64,000 nt of DNA from Desulfobacterales bacterium (GTDB taxonomy: Bacteria; Desulfobacterota; Desulfobacteria; Desulfobacterales; UBA2174): NCBI GenBank assembly GCA_963668645.2, contig CAXXWC010000019.1, forward strand, positions 416,001 through 480,000. The letters are read 5' to 3'. The position numbers and the translations under genes are program-made. Positions 29,832 to 41,326 of the stretch are shown piece after piece; positions within the stretch are counted from its first letter, which is position 1, and each line of letters opens with the position of its first letter. The notes under the pieces were generated by a model. The model was not told the DNA's origin. It saw nothing but the letters and a program-made list of their open reading frames with translations, and did no database searches.

Positions 29832-30767
29832 TTATCCTGCGCACCGCGACATCGGATGAACCTCATAGAACCGTTCAGCCATCGCACCCACGCCATTTGG
29901 GGGAAGGATGGTACGGGTTTCCCATGCGTCTTTGCGCGCAAAAAAGTGCTTGATAAAGGCATGGTTGAACGCGTGGCCGGATTTTTCGGCCACCACATGG
30001 CCCAAGAGGGGCAGACCGAGGAGGGAAAAATCCCCGATGCAGTCGAGGATCTTGTGCCTCACGAATTCATCGGCGAATCGCAGCCCTTCCTCGTTGAGGA
30101 CCCGATCCTTGTCAACCACCACGGCGTTGGCCAGACTACCCCCTTTGGCCAGACCATATTGCTGCATATAATCGATATCCTGCAAGAGCCCGAAGGTGCG
30201 GGCGCCGGCGATCTCCCGGGCAAAGACCTGATCGGAAACCTCGACGGTGCGCGACTGGCGACCGATGGCCGGGTTGTCGTATGCGATGGTGCAGTTGATG
30301 GTGTACGTATCGGCCGGGTAGAGGCTGACCGCCTTGCCGCTCTCTTTGAGAATGATCGGTTCCTTGACTACGAAATAGCACCGCGGACCGGGTTGGGCCA
30401 CAATCCCGGCCGCTTTCAGTTCGCTGGTGAACGGCCCGGCGCTGCCATCCATCACCGGCACCTCGTAAGCATCCAGTTCAACGCGGGCGTTGTCGATGCA
30501 AAGACCGGCAAAAGCGGCCATCAGATGTTCGATGGTAGAGACGATGAACCCGTTGTAGCCGATGACCGTTGCCTGGCTGGTATCGACCACGCGGTTAAAA
30601 TGGGCGTTGATGCCCGGTGAATCGGACAGATCGGTGCGGAAAAACTTGATGCCGTGGTTCACCGGAGCCGGTTTGATGGTCAGGTTGACGGATTTTCCCG
30701 AGTGCAGACCGACGCCGCAACAATGAACCGGGCGCGCCAGGGTGCGCTGCTGGAGGTAAGGATACAT
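29832..30767 (-). CDS. lpxC: UDP-3-O-acyl-N-acetylglucosamine deacetylase
   Basis: QRTL, GVGLHSG, TIEHL, DGSA, ARTFG, RHKILD, SGH. Confidence 0.97.
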   Translation of the reverse strand: MYPYLQQRTLARPVHCCGVGLHSGKSVNLTIKPAPVNHGIKFFRTDLSDSPGINAHFNRVVDTSQATVIGYNGFIVSTIEHLMAAFAGLCIDNARVELDAYEVPVMDGSAGPFTSELKAAGIVAQPGPRCYFVVKEPIILKESGKAVSLYPADTYTINCTIAYDNPAIGRQSRTVEVSDQVFAREIAGARTFGLLQDIDYMQQYGLAKGGSLANAVVVDKDRVLNEEGLRFADEFVRHKILDCIGDFSLLGLPLLGHVVAEKSGHAFNHAFIKHFFARKDAWETRTILPPNGVGAMAERFYEVHPMSRCAG

Positions 30768-31083
30768 GATGTGACTGCTTCTCGTCCCGCCGCCTTGGGC
30801 GGCCTTCCACGCAATTGGTTCGATCCTGCGGTTCGCGACCCGGCTGAAAAGCGCCGAAGCCTTGCCGATGGACGTGGATTTAAAAGTTCTGTTTACAATC
30901 AGGCACGTTACATTGTACTAAAATGATGCCTTTTATCGCAGGACTCCCCTGTTTGGCAAGCTATTCCGACACAACCGCCCGATATTCGGCTGACCGGCGC
31001 CCTTTTCCACCTTTCAACAGGCTGACTTCAACACGGATGGGACGCAGGACACCGGCCGATGCAGGGCCTTTGAGGGAGGCGTT

Positions 31084-32625
31084 TTGCTGGCCAAGGTGCA
31101 CAGCAGTGCAGTGATGGGAATCGATGCCTACCTGGTGGAAGTGGAGGTGGATATCGCCGCGGGCCTGCCGGCCTATACCACCGTGGGGCTTCCCGAGACG
31201 GCGGTCAAAGAGAGCAAGGAGCGCGTCAAGGCCGCCATCGTCAACTCCGGCTACGAATTTACCGAAGACCGGATTACCGTCAACCTGGCACCGGCCAACA
31301 TAAAAAAGGAAGGCACCGGCTTCGATCTGCCCGTGGCCCTGGGACTGCTGGCCGCCACCGGAATCGTGCCCCAGGCCCGCCTTGACCGCTATCTGGTGTC
31401 AGGGGAACTCTCTCTGGACGGCCGGGTCAAGGCGGTCAACGGGTCCTTGCCCATGGCGCTGCGGGCCCGGGCCGCCGGCATGGCCGGGATCATCGTACCC
31501 CGCGAAAACGGCCCCGAAGCCGCCGTGGTGGGGGACATCGATGTCTATCCGGTAATCGATCTGCCCCAGGTGGTTGAATTTTTACGCGGCGTGGCGGCCG
31601 TGCCCCCGCTGAAAATCGATGTTGCAGCCCTTTTTGCCCGGGGCACGGACGATGCGGGAGACTTTTGCGAAGTCATGGGCCAGGAGTATGTCAAACGGGC
31701 CATGGAGGTCGCCGCAGCCGGATCCCACAATCTAATGATGATCGGACCGCCCGGCTCGGGCAAGACCATGCTGGCCAAGCGACTGGTCACGATCCTGCCC
31801 CCGCTCAGTTTCGCCGAAGCCATCGAAACCACCAAGGTTTACAGCGTGGTGGGGCTGCTCACCGAAGGGCATCCTTTGGTGACACGGCGCCCTTTTCGCG
31901 CCCCCCATCATACCATCTCGGATGCCGGCCTGATCGGCGGGGGCCACGTACCGCGGCCCGGCGAGGTAAGCCTGGCCCACAACGGGGTCCTGTTTCTCGA
32001 CGAAATGCCCGAATATAAAAAGCATGTCCTGGAAGTCCTGCGCCAACCCCTGGAGGATCTCAAAGTCACCATCGCCCGCGCCGCCTCGACCTTGACCTAC
32101 CCTTCTGCGGTAATGCTCGTGGCGGCCATGAATCCGTGCCCATGCGGTTTTTGGGGCGACGAGCGCCACGAATGCCGCTGCAGCCACACTCAGATCCGGC
32201 GCTACCGCAGCAAGATCTCAGGTCCTTTACTCGACCGCATCGACATTCATGTGGAGGTGCCGGCCGTGGCCTACCGTGAATTGGCCGGCAAGGGTGTGGG
32301 CGGCGCTTCCTCGGACGATATGGCCGAAAGGGTCGCGGCCGCCCGCCGGCGTCAGGTGCAACGCTTTGCCGGAACAGCGCTGCACTGCAACGCCCAGATG
32401 CAAAGTCGCCACATCCGGCGCTTTTGCGCCGTGGACGCCGGCGGCCACCGGCTGCTGGAAAACGCGGTGGACCGCCTCGGCCTTTCGGCCCGGGCCTACA
32501 ATCGGGTGCTCAAGATCGCCCGCTCCATCGCCGACCTGGAAGGGGCCGAGGCCATCACCCCCGGGCATATCGGCGAAGCGATCCAGTACCGCAGTCTCGA
32601 CCGGCGCAAATTCACCATAGGCTGA
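31084..32625 (+). CDS. comM: YifB/ComM Mg-chelatase-like AAA+ ATPase
   Basis: VGLPE.AVKES, VNLAPA, GPPGSGKTM, RPFRAPHH, HNGVLFLDE, NPCPCG, SGPLLDRID. Confidence 0.93.
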   Translation: MLAKVHSSAVMGIDAYLVEVEVDIAAGLPAYTTVGLPETAVKESKERVKAAIVNSGYEFTEDRITVNLAPANIKKEGTGFDLPVALGLLAATGIVPQARLDRYLVSGELSLDGRVKAVNGSLPMALRARAAGMAGIIVPRENGPEAAVVGDIDVYPVIDLPQVVEFLRGVAAVPPLKIDVAALFARGTDDAGDFCEVMGQEYVKRAMEVAAAGSHNLMMIGPPGSGKTMLAKRLVTILPPLSFAEAIETTKVYSVVGLLTEGHPLVTRRPFRAPHHTISDAGLIGGGHVPRPGEVSLAHNGVLFLDEMPEYKKHVLEVLRQPLEDLKVTIARAASTLTYPSAVMLVAAMNPCPCGFWGDERHECRCSHTQIRRYRSKISGPLLDRIDIHVEVPAVAYRELAGKGVGGASSDDMAERVAAARRRQVQRFAGTALHCNAQMQSRHIRRFCAVDAGGHRLLENAVDRLGLSARAYNRVLKIARSIADLEGAEAITPGHIGEAIQYRSLDRRKFTIG

Positions 32626-33034
32626 AAAACATGCAAATGCATGCTTGCCATGCTGGTGCCGAAAGGCATCTCTTCAAAAAGTCGTCATTGTCAAAAACTT
32701 AATGAAAAAAAAGCGGAAACTTCTACAGGATTTTCTTCGTGTTTTCTGCGACCTCTGGTCCGAAAAGAACAATCTGTATCTTCTTTATACTGATAGGCCA
32801 AAAGCTATTCACCTAGCGGCCAAGACTTCGGCTGAACTTCAAAGATAGCACGTTCTTTTTGTATTCCAGCCAGACCGAAGCCACAGACGACTCCTTCTAC
32901 CGTCCGCCGCAAACCGATATTTTCAAAATTCTTGCTGATTTTCGGCCGGATAGCGAATTACGGGCGTCCGCCGCACAGATAACGGCATTTACCGAGATCG
33001 TTTAATCGAATCCTCCTGTACGCCATATTTTTTG

Positions 33035-33062
33035 TTGACATAGATTAGAAACTAGATAGGGT
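33035..33062 (+). promoter_or_regulatory. Putative sigma70 promoter of the chemosensory cassette
   Basis: TTGACA-N16-TAGGGT inside an AT-rich intergenic region. Confidence 0.4.
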
Positions 33063-33203
33063 TTGTATTAAATTAATTAGTAACTATATGCGAAACTAAG
33101 TTGTTCTGCCTTAACGAAAACTGTTCGGAGCAGGAACCGCACGGTTAAGAATCCACAATCATCAGCGCCAATCCGATAAAGCTCCGGCAGGAGAATTGGG
33201 GCT

Positions 33204-35132
33204 ATGTTTACCTCATCTATCCTTATCGGCGACTACCGGCTCCGGTTGACCCAGGGCGGCGAGGAAAAACGGGAGCTGATTTACCGCGACATCGGGCAAT
33301 CGCATGACGTCGAAGCACGCGATCTGCTTATCAGCGGGTTGTCCGATCCGAGCCTCCGGGTGAGATCGACCGTGGCGGCGATCATGAAATCCGTGGCCGA
33401 CGCTTCGATGACGACCCGGCTGCTGGAGACCCTGCGTGACGAAAACACGGCCCTGCGCTCCCAGGTCATGACGGTGTTGGCCGATCTGGTGCCCCGCCAT
33501 CTCGAGCAGATCAGATCCTATCTCAAGGATCAGGATCCGGATATGCGGATTTACACCGCTACCATTCTGGGAAACAGCGGTGCAGCCGAGACGCTTTCCG
33601 ACCTGAAAAGCATTCTCGACGATCCGCAGAAAAACGTCCGCTATGCCGGCGTGGAGGCGCTGGGAAAAATTGGCAACCCCCTGGCAGTGCCCTGCCTGCT
33701 CGACATGCTGGAAGATCCCTGGGCAAAATTTCCTGCCATCGAAGCGCTGGGCGCCTTGCAGGCCGCCGGGGCGGTGGAACCGCTGATCGTCATCGGCCGG
33801 CAAGACGCCGCGGCCCGCCCGGCCGTTGTCGAAGCCTTGGGCCGCATCGGCCATCCAGGCGCGGTCGAGTTTCTGCTCCGGATGCTGGACTCTGAGGATA
33901 ACGAGATGCAGGTCGATGCGCTCACAGCGCTGGTGAAAATAGAACAGGCAGCCTCCTGCGGTGTGTTTTCCCGGCTGGCCCGGCAGCCCTCCCTTACCGT
34001 GCCGGCCTCCCTCGCAGCCCTTCAAGCCGTCGATCCGGTCAAACGAAAAGCCGCGCTGCGCGCGCTGGGCTGGATCGGCGACGCCTCTCATTTGAAGATT
34101 GTTTCAGACCATCTGGAAGACGAAACCCAAGCTGTCGCGGGGGAAGCCCGGCAGGCGCTGCAACGCTTGGGATCGCGCCACCCCGAAGAACTGGCGCACC
34201 TGTATCGGGACAGCAACGCCGTGGTCCAACCCCAGATTGTGGAAATCGCAGGGACCGTCGGCGGGCCGACGGCCGCCCGCCTGCTCGCCGAGGCCCTGGC
34301 GCATCCAGACGCTTCGGTACGAGAGCAAGCGGCCAAGGCATGGGGTGGCCTGCCCACCGGGCTTGGCGCTGAACAGCTGGCAGCCCACTTGAATGACAGC
34401 GACTGGCGGGTGCGAAAGGCCTGCATCGAAGGAATCGGACAGAACGCATCACCCCAGACGCTGGAGAACCTGGCCCGCTTGCTTGAAGATAGCAGCCGCG
34501 AAGTCCGGGAGGCGGCCGCAGATGCCCTGGCGCACCAGGTTGACAGTCCGGTCTGGAATCATGTCATTGCCTTGCTCGACCACCCGCAGCCGGCGGTCCG
34601 GGCGGCGGCTCTCCGGTGCATCGGCCGGACCTGCACGGATCGAACGCACCACCTGCTAGCCAAGGCACTGAAAGATCCCGATCCATCGGTCCGGCGGGTC
34701 GCCGCAGAGTCCGCCGGCAGGCAGCGGGGCAATGGCGCCGTCCAACTCTTGATTGACGGTCTCGCAGACGAAGACTGGATGGTGAAGAAGGCTTCGGCAA
34801 CGGCCCTTGGCAAGATCGGAAATCGCGACGCCGCCGAGTCGCTGCGAAACGCACTGGCAGACACAAACCTCTGGGTCCGGTATGCCGCTGTCGAAGCCCT
34901 GGGCTGCATCGGCGACACGACCGTGATCGAAGCCCTGCGGGCGGTGGCGCATGACGACGAGGTCCCGGTGCGTATCGCTGCCTTCGAGGCCCTGGAAAAA
35001 CTTCAAGCCCCTGAACTGGATGCCCTGCTCGGCCGTATGCTGGACGACCCGGACATGGAAATTCGAAGGACCGCCGAAAATGCGCTGGATCGCAGAACGG
35101 CCGACCCCACCGGCCCCCTTGCGGCCCGATGA
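33204..35132 (+). CDS. HEAT-repeat (PBS-lyase-like) protein
   Basis: Many ~31-aa repeats of the type L.D....VR..A..ALG.IG along the whole length. Confidence 0.9.
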   Translation: MFTSSILIGDYRLRLTQGGEEKRELIYRDIGQSHDVEARDLLISGLSDPSLRVRSTVAAIMKSVADASMTTRLLETLRDENTALRSQVMTVLADLVPRHLEQIRSYLKDQDPDMRIYTATILGNSGAAETLSDLKSILDDPQKNVRYAGVEALGKIGNPLAVPCLLDMLEDPWAKFPAIEALGALQAAGAVEPLIVIGRQDAAARPAVVEALGRIGHPGAVEFLLRMLDSEDNEMQVDALTALVKIEQAASCGVFSRLARQPSLTVPASLAALQAVDPVKRKAALRALGWIGDASHLKIVSDHLEDETQAVAGEARQALQRLGSRHPEELAHLYRDSNAVVQPQIVEIAGTVGGPTAARLLAEALAHPDASVREQAAKAWGGLPTGLGAEQLAAHLNDSDWRVRKACIEGIGQNASPQTLENLARLLEDSSREVREAAADALAHQVDSPVWNHVIALLDHPQPAVRAAALRCIGRTCTDRTHHLLAKALKDPDPSVRRVAAESAGRQRGNGAVQLLIDGLADEDWMVKKASATALGKIGNRDAAESLRNALADTNLWVRYAAVEALGCIGDTTVIEALRAVAHDDEVPVRIAAFEALEKLQAPELDALLGRMLDDPDMEIRRTAENALDRRTADPTGPLAAR

Positions 35133-35989
35133 AGGTGGAGATGGACAAGGGGCTTGCCAGGGCGGATTTCGAACGGATGCGCGCGTTCATCAAGGACCGA
35201 TGCGGAATCCGGATCGGTGATGAAAGGATAGATTTTTTCGAATCGCGGCTGCGTTTGCGCATGAACGCCACGGGAATGACATCGGTCCGGGACTATCATT
35301 TATACCTCCGCTACGACCCTGACGGAGCCCAGGAAGAGGGACACCTCATCGATTCGATCACCAACAACGAAAGCTATTTCTTCCGGGAAATGGACCAACT
35401 GGAAGACTTTTACGAACAAGTGGTACCGCAATTGATGCGCCGCCTGGCACCGGGTGTGCCGCTTCAGATATGGAGCGCCGGGTGCGCCTGCGGCGAAGAG
35501 CCCTACACCCTGGCGATGCTGCTGTCTGACCGGCCGTGGCATGCCGGCAGCCTGCCGGTCCGGATCCTGGCCGCCGATGTGAACGGTTCGGTTCTCAACC
35601 GCGCCGCAAAAGGAAGGTATGATGGGCATGCATTACGGCACACGCCGCCGCATTTTCGCCACAAACATTTCAGGCAGGACGGCAACGGGACCTACATGCT
35701 GGAAGGCCGGATCAAAAACATGGTCCGGTTTGCCCGTTTCAACCTGCTGCAAGCACCGATCGGCGCACCGTTCAGGCAGGTGGATGCGGTGTTCTGCCGC
35801 AATGTTCTCATCTACTTCGACGATGAAACCAAAAAGAGGTGTATCGAGAACATTTACCGCTGCTTGAAAAGCGGTGGATTCCTGTTCCTGGGGCTTTCGG
35901 AAAGCCTCAGCAGAATAACCAGCCTGTTCGAACCGGTACGACTGAAACGCACGGTCGCCTACCGGAAGCCGGAAGCGTCGTATTTGTAA
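35129..35989 (+). CDS. cheR: Chemotaxis methyltransferase
   Basis: NESYFFRE, IWSAGCACGEEPYTL, FCRNVLIYFD, LFLGLSES. Confidence 0.95.
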   Translation: MKVEMDKGLARADFERMRAFIKDRCGIRIGDERIDFFESRLRLRMNATGMTSVRDYHLYLRYDPDGAQEEGHLIDSITNNESYFFREMDQLEDFYEQVVPQLMRRLAPGVPLQIWSAGCACGEEPYTLAMLLSDRPWHAGSLPVRILAADVNGSVLNRAAKGRYDGHALRHTPPHFRHKHFRQDGNGTYMLEGRIKNMVRFARFNLLQAPIGAPFRQVDAVFCRNVLIYFDDETKKRCIENIYRCLKSGGFLFLGLSESLSRITSLFEPVRLKRTVAYRKPEASYL

Positions 35990-36069
35990 CCCATTCCATC
36001 GACAGGATGGATCCGGATTGTGGAGCCGTAGCAGGCCGGCGGAAACGATCCATTGAAAAGGGGCACACC

Positions 36070-36453
36070 GTGGAAAAAAAGATTTTATCCGTGGACGACT
36101 CTTCAAGCATTCGCAAGATGGTGGCCTACACACTCAAGAGCCAGGGATATGCGGTGACTTCGGCCGCGGACGGGCAGGAAGCGCTCGAAACGCTGGCAAA
36201 AGAGCGATTCGACGGCATTGTCCTGGACATCAACATGCCCCGCCTGGACGGGTTCACGCTGTTGAAAAAGATCCGCGCCGAAACGCATACCGCTTCGATT
36301 CCCGTGATCATGCTGACCACCGAAGGCCAGGAGCGGGACAAGCAAGAGGCGACGGCGCTGGGTGCCGACGCTTACGTCGTCAAGCCGTTCAAACCGTCCG
36401 AACTGGTCAGGGTGGTGCAGGACATCGTCGGCCCGGCATCCGGCATCGCTTAG
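36070..36453 (+). CDS. cheY: Single-domain CheY-like response regulator
   Basis: VDDSSSIRKMV, LDINMP, MLTTE, VKPF; GTG start at 36070. Confidence 0.88.
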   Translation: MEKKILSVDDSSSIRKMVAYTLKSQGYAVTSAADGQEALETLAKERFDGIVLDINMPRLDGFTLLKKIRAETHTASIPVIMLTTEGQERDKQEATALGADAYVVKPFKPSELVRVVQDIVGPASGIA

Positions 36454-36469
36454 ACAGGGAGAAGCCCTG

Positions 36470-38185
36470 ATGTCCGACATGCAAATGGAAGACATGGATG
36501 CCGCCATCCGTGCACGGATGCGGGAAGATTTTCTGGACGAAGCCGAAGAGCTTACCGACAAGCTGAATCTGCAGTTGACGCAGCTGGAAAATAAACCCGG
36601 CAGCCAGGAACTGGTCAATGAAATCTTTCGCATCGTCCATACGCTGAAGAGTTCCGCCGCGTTCGTCGGAATGGACCAGACCAAGGAGATCGCCCACAAA
36701 ATGGAGGATGTGTTCGGAGCCCTTCGCGAGGGAACAATTCGGGCATCGACGCCGTTGATCGACGTGATGTTCGAAGGCCTCGAAATACTCCGGCAGCTTA
36801 AAAGCGGCGCCATGGCGGGCGCACCTGAAAACATCGACACCGGCGCGGTGCTGGCGGCGCTGGACCGGCTCCGGGGTCCGGCCGCCGGTGACGTGAATCG
36901 TCCCGGGAACCTGCCCATCGCAGACAGCCCGGCACCTGAGACAACCGGCGAAGCCCCTCCGGACAGCCAGGCGCAGACCCCGGACACACCGTCGCTGCAA
37001 CCGTCACAAACCGTCCGGGTCAGAACGGACCGGCTCGACAGCCTGATGAACCTGATCGGGGAACTGATCATCGCCCGCAACCGCTTGAATAATTATGCAC
37101 AACGGCAGGAAAGCGAAGAACTGGAAGCTGTTTCATCGGCCATAGACCGGTTGACCGGCCATCTCCAGGAAGCCATGACGGGCATCCGGATGGTGCCCAT
37201 AGAGTGGCTGTTCAACAAATTCCCCGGAATGGTCCGCAACATGGCCCGAGAACAAGGCAAACACGTGGTCCTGTCCATGACCGGCAAGGAAACGGAGCTG
37301 GACAAGAGTGTCATCGACCGGATGTACAACCCCCTCATGCACCTGATCCGCAACGCGGTTGACCATGGGATCGAAACACCGGAAGAAAGAACGGCTTGCG
37401 GCAAGGATCCGCTCGCGCTGATCGGCCTGACGGCCCGGCATCAAAAAGATCATATCGTCATCGAGGTTGCTGACGACGGCCGGGGACTTCAGTCCGCAAA
37501 GATCGTCCGGGCCGCCGTGCAAAAAGGGGTGCTGTCCGAGGAGGAGGCCCTCCAAATCGATGAAGGCCGGCTTGCGGACCTGATCTTCACCCCCGGATTG
37601 ACCACCTCCAAGACGGTATCCGATATTTCGGGCCGGGGTGTCGGCATGGATGCGGTCAGAAACCAGATCCGGCAACTGCGTGGCACCGTCAAGGTCCGTT
37701 CGTCTCCGGGCCGGGGAACGACATTCCGGCTTCGCCTGCCGCTGACGTTGAGCGTACTCCAGGTGCTGCTGGTCAAAACAAACGGCTTGTGCTGGGGAAT
37801 TGCCCTCAGCAGTGTTCTCGAAACCCTGTATATCGCTGCTTCCGAGATCCAGACCATTGAAAAGCAGGAGGTGGTGTTCATCCGGGATACCCCACACCCG
37901 TTGAAACGGCTCGCTACGGTGCTGCATTTGGCTCCCGGCCGGGAGCCTCACCCTTCCCGGAAAGCCGCCGCGGCTCCGGTTGAACGGCTGTCGATCGTGA
38001 TCGTGCAACAGTCCGGAACCCGGACGGCGATCTGGGTGGACGAACTTTTGGGAAAACACGAGGTGGTCATCAAATCCCTGGGAGATTTCACCGGTCATGT
38101 GCCGGGTATCGAAGGGGCCACCATCCTGGCCGACGGCACCATCACCCCCATCATAAATGTGGAAACCCTGGTGCGCACTGAGTGA
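36470..38185 (+). CDS. cheA: Chemotaxis histidine kinase (no P2 domain)
   Basis: P1 '[10 protein letters not shown]', P3 '[11 protein letters not shown]', P4 '[18 protein letters not shown]', P5 CheW domain. Confidence 0.95.
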   Translation: MSDMQMEDMDAAIRARMREDFLDEAEELTDKLNLQLTQLENKPGSQELVNEIFRIVHTLKSSAAFVGMDQTKEIAHKMEDVFGALREGTIRASTPLIDVMFEGLEILRQLKSGAMAGAPENIDTGAVLAALDRLRGPAAGDVNRPGNLPIADSPAPETTGEAPPDSQAQTPDTPSLQPSQTVRVRTDRLDSLMNLIGELIIARNRLNNYAQRQESEELEAVSSAIDRLTGHLQEAMTGIRMVPIEWLFNKFPGMVRNMAREQGKHVVLSMTGKETELDKSVIDRMYNPLMHLIRNAVDHGIETPEERTACGKDPLALIGLTARHQKDHIVIEVADDGRGLQSAKIVRAAVQKGVLSEEEALQIDEGRLADLIFTPGLTTSKTVSDISGRGVGMDAVRNQIRQLRGTVKVRSSPGRGTTFRLRLPLTLSVLQVLLVKTNGLCWGIALSSVLETLYIAASEIQTIEKQEVVFIRDTPHPLKRLATVLHLAPGREPHPSRKAAAAPVERLSIVIVQQSGTRTAIWVDELLGKHEVVIKSLGDFTGHVPGIEGATILADGTITPIINVETLVRTE

Positions 38186-38253
38186 AAATCACTGTTTTTC
38201 ACCGGGCATGCACCGCCTTGCAGCGGCACCGAACAGGACAGGGAGGTTGGCTT

Positions 38254-40224
38254 ATGTTGACTAATTTTAAGGACATGAAAGTCGGCTTCAAGATCGGGTC
38301 CGGTTACTTCGTGCTGATCGCTATCATCACGATTCTCGGATTCTTATCGGTACGCTGGCTGTCGGCCATACGGGACGAAGCGGACCGGCTGGCCGGCGGC
38401 TATACCGTGACCGTCCGGTATGCCAACGATATCGAACGGTCCTTCCTGCTGACCATGTACAGCATGGCCCGCTATGTTTCGAGCGGCAAAGAGCGCTTTT
38501 TGGCCGAATCCAGAAAGTGGATCCAGGATACGGCCCGGTCCCTGGACAGTGCCGACAAGCTGACCGAAACCAAAGGCTTTCTCTCCGACCAGAAGGGGAT
38601 GGTCCGGGCGATTCAGAATCAGACGAAAAAGTATAAAGACATGGTGGACGAAACGGAGAGACGCCAGTCGTCCATTCGCCGTGAATGGGCCGTACTGGAC
38701 GAAGCGGCCGCCGTGTACATGAAACACGGCCTCGTCTTCCTGCAGATCCAAAGCGACCTCATGGAAAAGCAGATCCGTACCGACCCGGAGCCGGCAGGCC
38801 TTCTGGACCGGTTGTGTAAAATCGGCATGATCGACCATGTCATCCACCTCGGCGACACCATCCGCATCGCAGCCAACAAATCCCAGGCCCGCAACGATCC
38901 GGCCATCATCGACAACGCACTCGGCATGTTCGCCGAAATCCGGCAAAACCTGGCGGACCTTCGCACCATATCGATCCGCAAGGACAACCTGGAGCAGATC
39001 GATTCGATCCAGGCTGCGCTGGCGCAATACGAAAAGGCTCTGATCACCGTTCAGGGAGACTGGACCCGACTGCGGGAATTGGTAACAGCCGAGGAGGAAC
39101 TGAGGACCGATCTGCTCGCCAGCTCCCGAAAAATCACCGATAACGGCGAGCAACGGACCGATCAGGTACTGGCCCAGGCCCAGGCCGGCCTCTCCCGGGC
39201 CGGCCGGATCATGAGCATCGGCCTGGTGCTGGCGATCGTTATCGGCCTGGCCCTCGCCTTGGTGGTGACCCGGGCCATCACCCGGCCCATCATGCGTTTG
39301 ATCGCACTGACCAAACGGGTCGAAAAAGGGGATCTTTCCGCCGGCCTCGAAGCGATCGGCAAAGATGAGATCGGAATGCTGATGCGCGCCTTCAATAACA
39401 TGATCGGCGCCAACCGCACCATTGTCAAAAGCATCATCGACAATTCCACCAGGCTGTCCACTTCCTCCAACGAAATCGCTGCCACCATCGAGGAGATCAG
39501 CAGGGGGGCCGAATTTCAATCCAACGACATCATCAAAACATCTACGGCCATGGATGAAATGGCCGCCACCGTCAAGGAGGTCTCCCACAACGCCAAGAGC
39601 ACCTCCCAGGCCGCCGTGGCCGCAACGGAGATGGCCCGAAGCGGATCGGGCAGGGTGGAGGCCACTGTTCAGGGCATCAGCGTGGCCAACGACTCCATGA
39701 GAAAGCTCAACCTGCGCGCCGGAGAAATCGGCAAAATCACCCGTCTGATCGAAGATGTGGCCGCTCAGACCAACATCTTGTCCCTTAACGCCTCCATCGA
39801 AGCGGCCAGAGCCGGAGAGCAGGGCAAGGGATTCGAAGTTGTGGCCGACGAAATCAGAAAGCTGGCCAATCGCACCACCCGGTCCACCGGAGAAATCGCG
39901 CAAATCATCGAAGAGATCCAGAAAGAAACCAACAATGCCGCCGGCGTCATGGAAAAGGGAACCGCCCTGGCCCAGGAAGCCGGCCAGAGCCTGAAGGATA
40001 TCGTCGAGGGGGTCGTTTCCACCACGGATATGGTGCAGGTCATCTCCTCGGCCGCCGAACAGCAGGCCAAGACGTCGGAGGAAATTTCCACCGCTCTGCA
40101 AAGCATCTCATCGGCGACCCAGCAGACATCCAAAGGCGCCAAAGAGGTAGCCAGGGCCATTCAGGATCTCAACGACATGGCCGAAGAACTGAAGCAAGTC
40201 ACCGATCAGTTCACGGTTCAATAG
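38254..40224 (+). CDS. Methyl-accepting chemotaxis protein (TM-helical sensor-TM-HAMP-signalling)
   Basis: Hairpin '[34 protein letters not shown]'. GGAGG RBS. Confidence 0.95.
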   Translation: MLTNFKDMKVGFKIGSGYFVLIAIITILGFLSVRWLSAIRDEADRLAGGYTVTVRYANDIERSFLLTMYSMARYVSSGKERFLAESRKWIQDTARSLDSADKLTETKGFLSDQKGMVRAIQNQTKKYKDMVDETERRQSSIRREWAVLDEAAAVYMKHGLVFLQIQSDLMEKQIRTDPEPAGLLDRLCKIGMIDHVIHLGDTIRIAANKSQARNDPAIIDNALGMFAEIRQNLADLRTISIRKDNLEQIDSIQAALAQYEKALITVQGDWTRLRELVTAEEELRTDLLASSRKITDNGEQRTDQVLAQAQAGLSRAGRIMSIGLVLAIVIGLALALVVTRAITRPIMRLIALTKRVEKGDLSAGLEAIGKDEIGMLMRAFNNMIGANRTIVKSIIDNSTRLSTSSNEIAATIEEISRGAEFQSNDIIKTSTAMDEMAATVKEVSHNAKSTSQAAVAATEMARSGSGRVEATVQGISVANDSMRKLNLRAGEIGKITRLIEDVAAQTNILSLNASIEAARAGEQGKGFEVVADEIRKLANRTTRSTGEIAQIIEEIQKETNNAAGVMEKGTALAQEAGQSLKDIVEGVVSTTDMVQVISSAAEQQAKTSEEISTALQSISSATQQTSKGAKEVARAIQDLNDMAEELKQVTDQFTVQ

Positions 40225-40291
40225 CACGGGGCCGGAGCATCGCGCTTCGAGCTCGTCGCGGTCGCAAGTGCAGACCGTCTGGAACGGCGTT

Positions 40292-41326
40292 ATGGAAGAT
40301 ACCGAACAAGCATCCCGACACTGCCGGCAAACAGCAACCGTGGAAGCGGTCCCCCTGCTGGTGTTCTCCCTTCAGGGACAGGCCCACGCCCTGGCAATGC
40401 ATCATGTCCGGGAAATCGTCCGCACCCCCGAGTTGTCAGCGGTGGTGGAAGCGCCGGATTTCGTAGACGGGGTGATGCCGTTGAGATCCAGGGTCACACC
40501 GGTCATCGACCTGAAAAAAAGGCTGCGGCTGGGCACAGGTGAAATGACAGCCGACACCTGCGTGATCGTGGTCCAATGGAAAGGCCAGCCGATCGGGCTT
40601 AGAGTCGATGCAGTCTGTGACATCACCAAAACGCCGGCCGATTCCATCGAAGCGCCGACGGAGATGGTGGGCGGCGTCAGCACCCGGTTTATCGAGGGTT
40701 GCGTCTTTGTGGACGGCCGGTTTCTGGTGGTCCTCAAACTGGATGAGATTTTGGCCCGCGATTATGCCCCCGATGGCGGTGATCCTTATGAAAAAATAAG
40801 AGGAGCGCCGGACGGAAAGATCCGTGGCACTGGGGACGACGGTCCCCGCCAGGATCTTCAACGGATCGTCACCTTCGACCTGGACGGCGAGCGGTACGGG
40901 GCGCACGTCGGTCACGTGGCTGAGATCATCAAGCCCGTTCCGGTCATGCCGCTGCCCAACATGCCCGGCTTTTTCCTGGGGTTGATCAATCTGCGCAACA
41001 CCATCGTGCCGTTGATCGACCTGCGCCCGTTTTTGCGGCTGAACCCAGGGCCCCGAACCGCAGGGGACGGTATCGTGGTGATCAACCATGCCGGATCGCC
41101 GGTAGGTGCCGCCGTGGATGGTATCGGCGAACTGGTCCGTTTACCACCTCAGATCTTCAAGCCGCCCCCGGACGGTGAAGCCGGAATCGACGCGCAGTAC
41201 CTGCAGGGTCTAGGGATGGTGGCAGGGCGCATGCTCACAGTTCTGAATCTCCCCAGAATCTTATCGGAAATGGAACAGGCAATCGACGTCTTCCAACGAA
41301 ACGAGTCGAGGAGAACGTTTCAATGA
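40292..41326 (+). CDS. cheW: Tandem two-domain CheW
   Basis: Two CheW domains: 'GVMPLRSRVTPVIDL' and 'GLINLRNTIVPLIDL'. Confidence 0.9.
   Translation: MEDTEQASRHCRQTATVEAVPLLVFSLQGQAHALAMHHVREIVRTPELSAVVEAPDFVDGVMPLRSRVTPVIDLKKRLRLGTGEMTADTCVIVVQWKGQPIGLRVDAVCDITKTPADSIEAPTEMVGGVSTRFIEGCVFVDGRFLVVLKLDEILARDYAPDGGDPYEKIRGAPDGKIRGTGDDGPRQDLQRIVTFDLDGERYGAHVGHVAEIIKPVPVMPLPNMPGFFLGLINLRNTIVPLIDLRPFLRLNPGPRTAGDGIVVINHAGSPVGAAVDGIGELVRLPPQIFKPPPDGEAGIDAQYLQGLGMVAGRMLTVLNLPRILSEMEQAIDVFQRNESRRTFQ

Noticed and set aside
31084..32625. comM disrupted by a mobile element
   Set aside because: The ORF is full length (513 aa) with an intact C-terminus, and no integrase or duplicated comM fragment is seen.
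32640..32720. c-di-GMP-I (GEMM) riboswitch upstream of the che cassette
   Set aside because: Only a GAAA-tetraloop hairpin is present; the flanking GGCAAA/GACGCAAAGC and second stem are missing.
32645..32848. 67-aa ORF in the AT-rich intergenic region
   Set aside because: No RBS, atypical composition and no recognisable motif.
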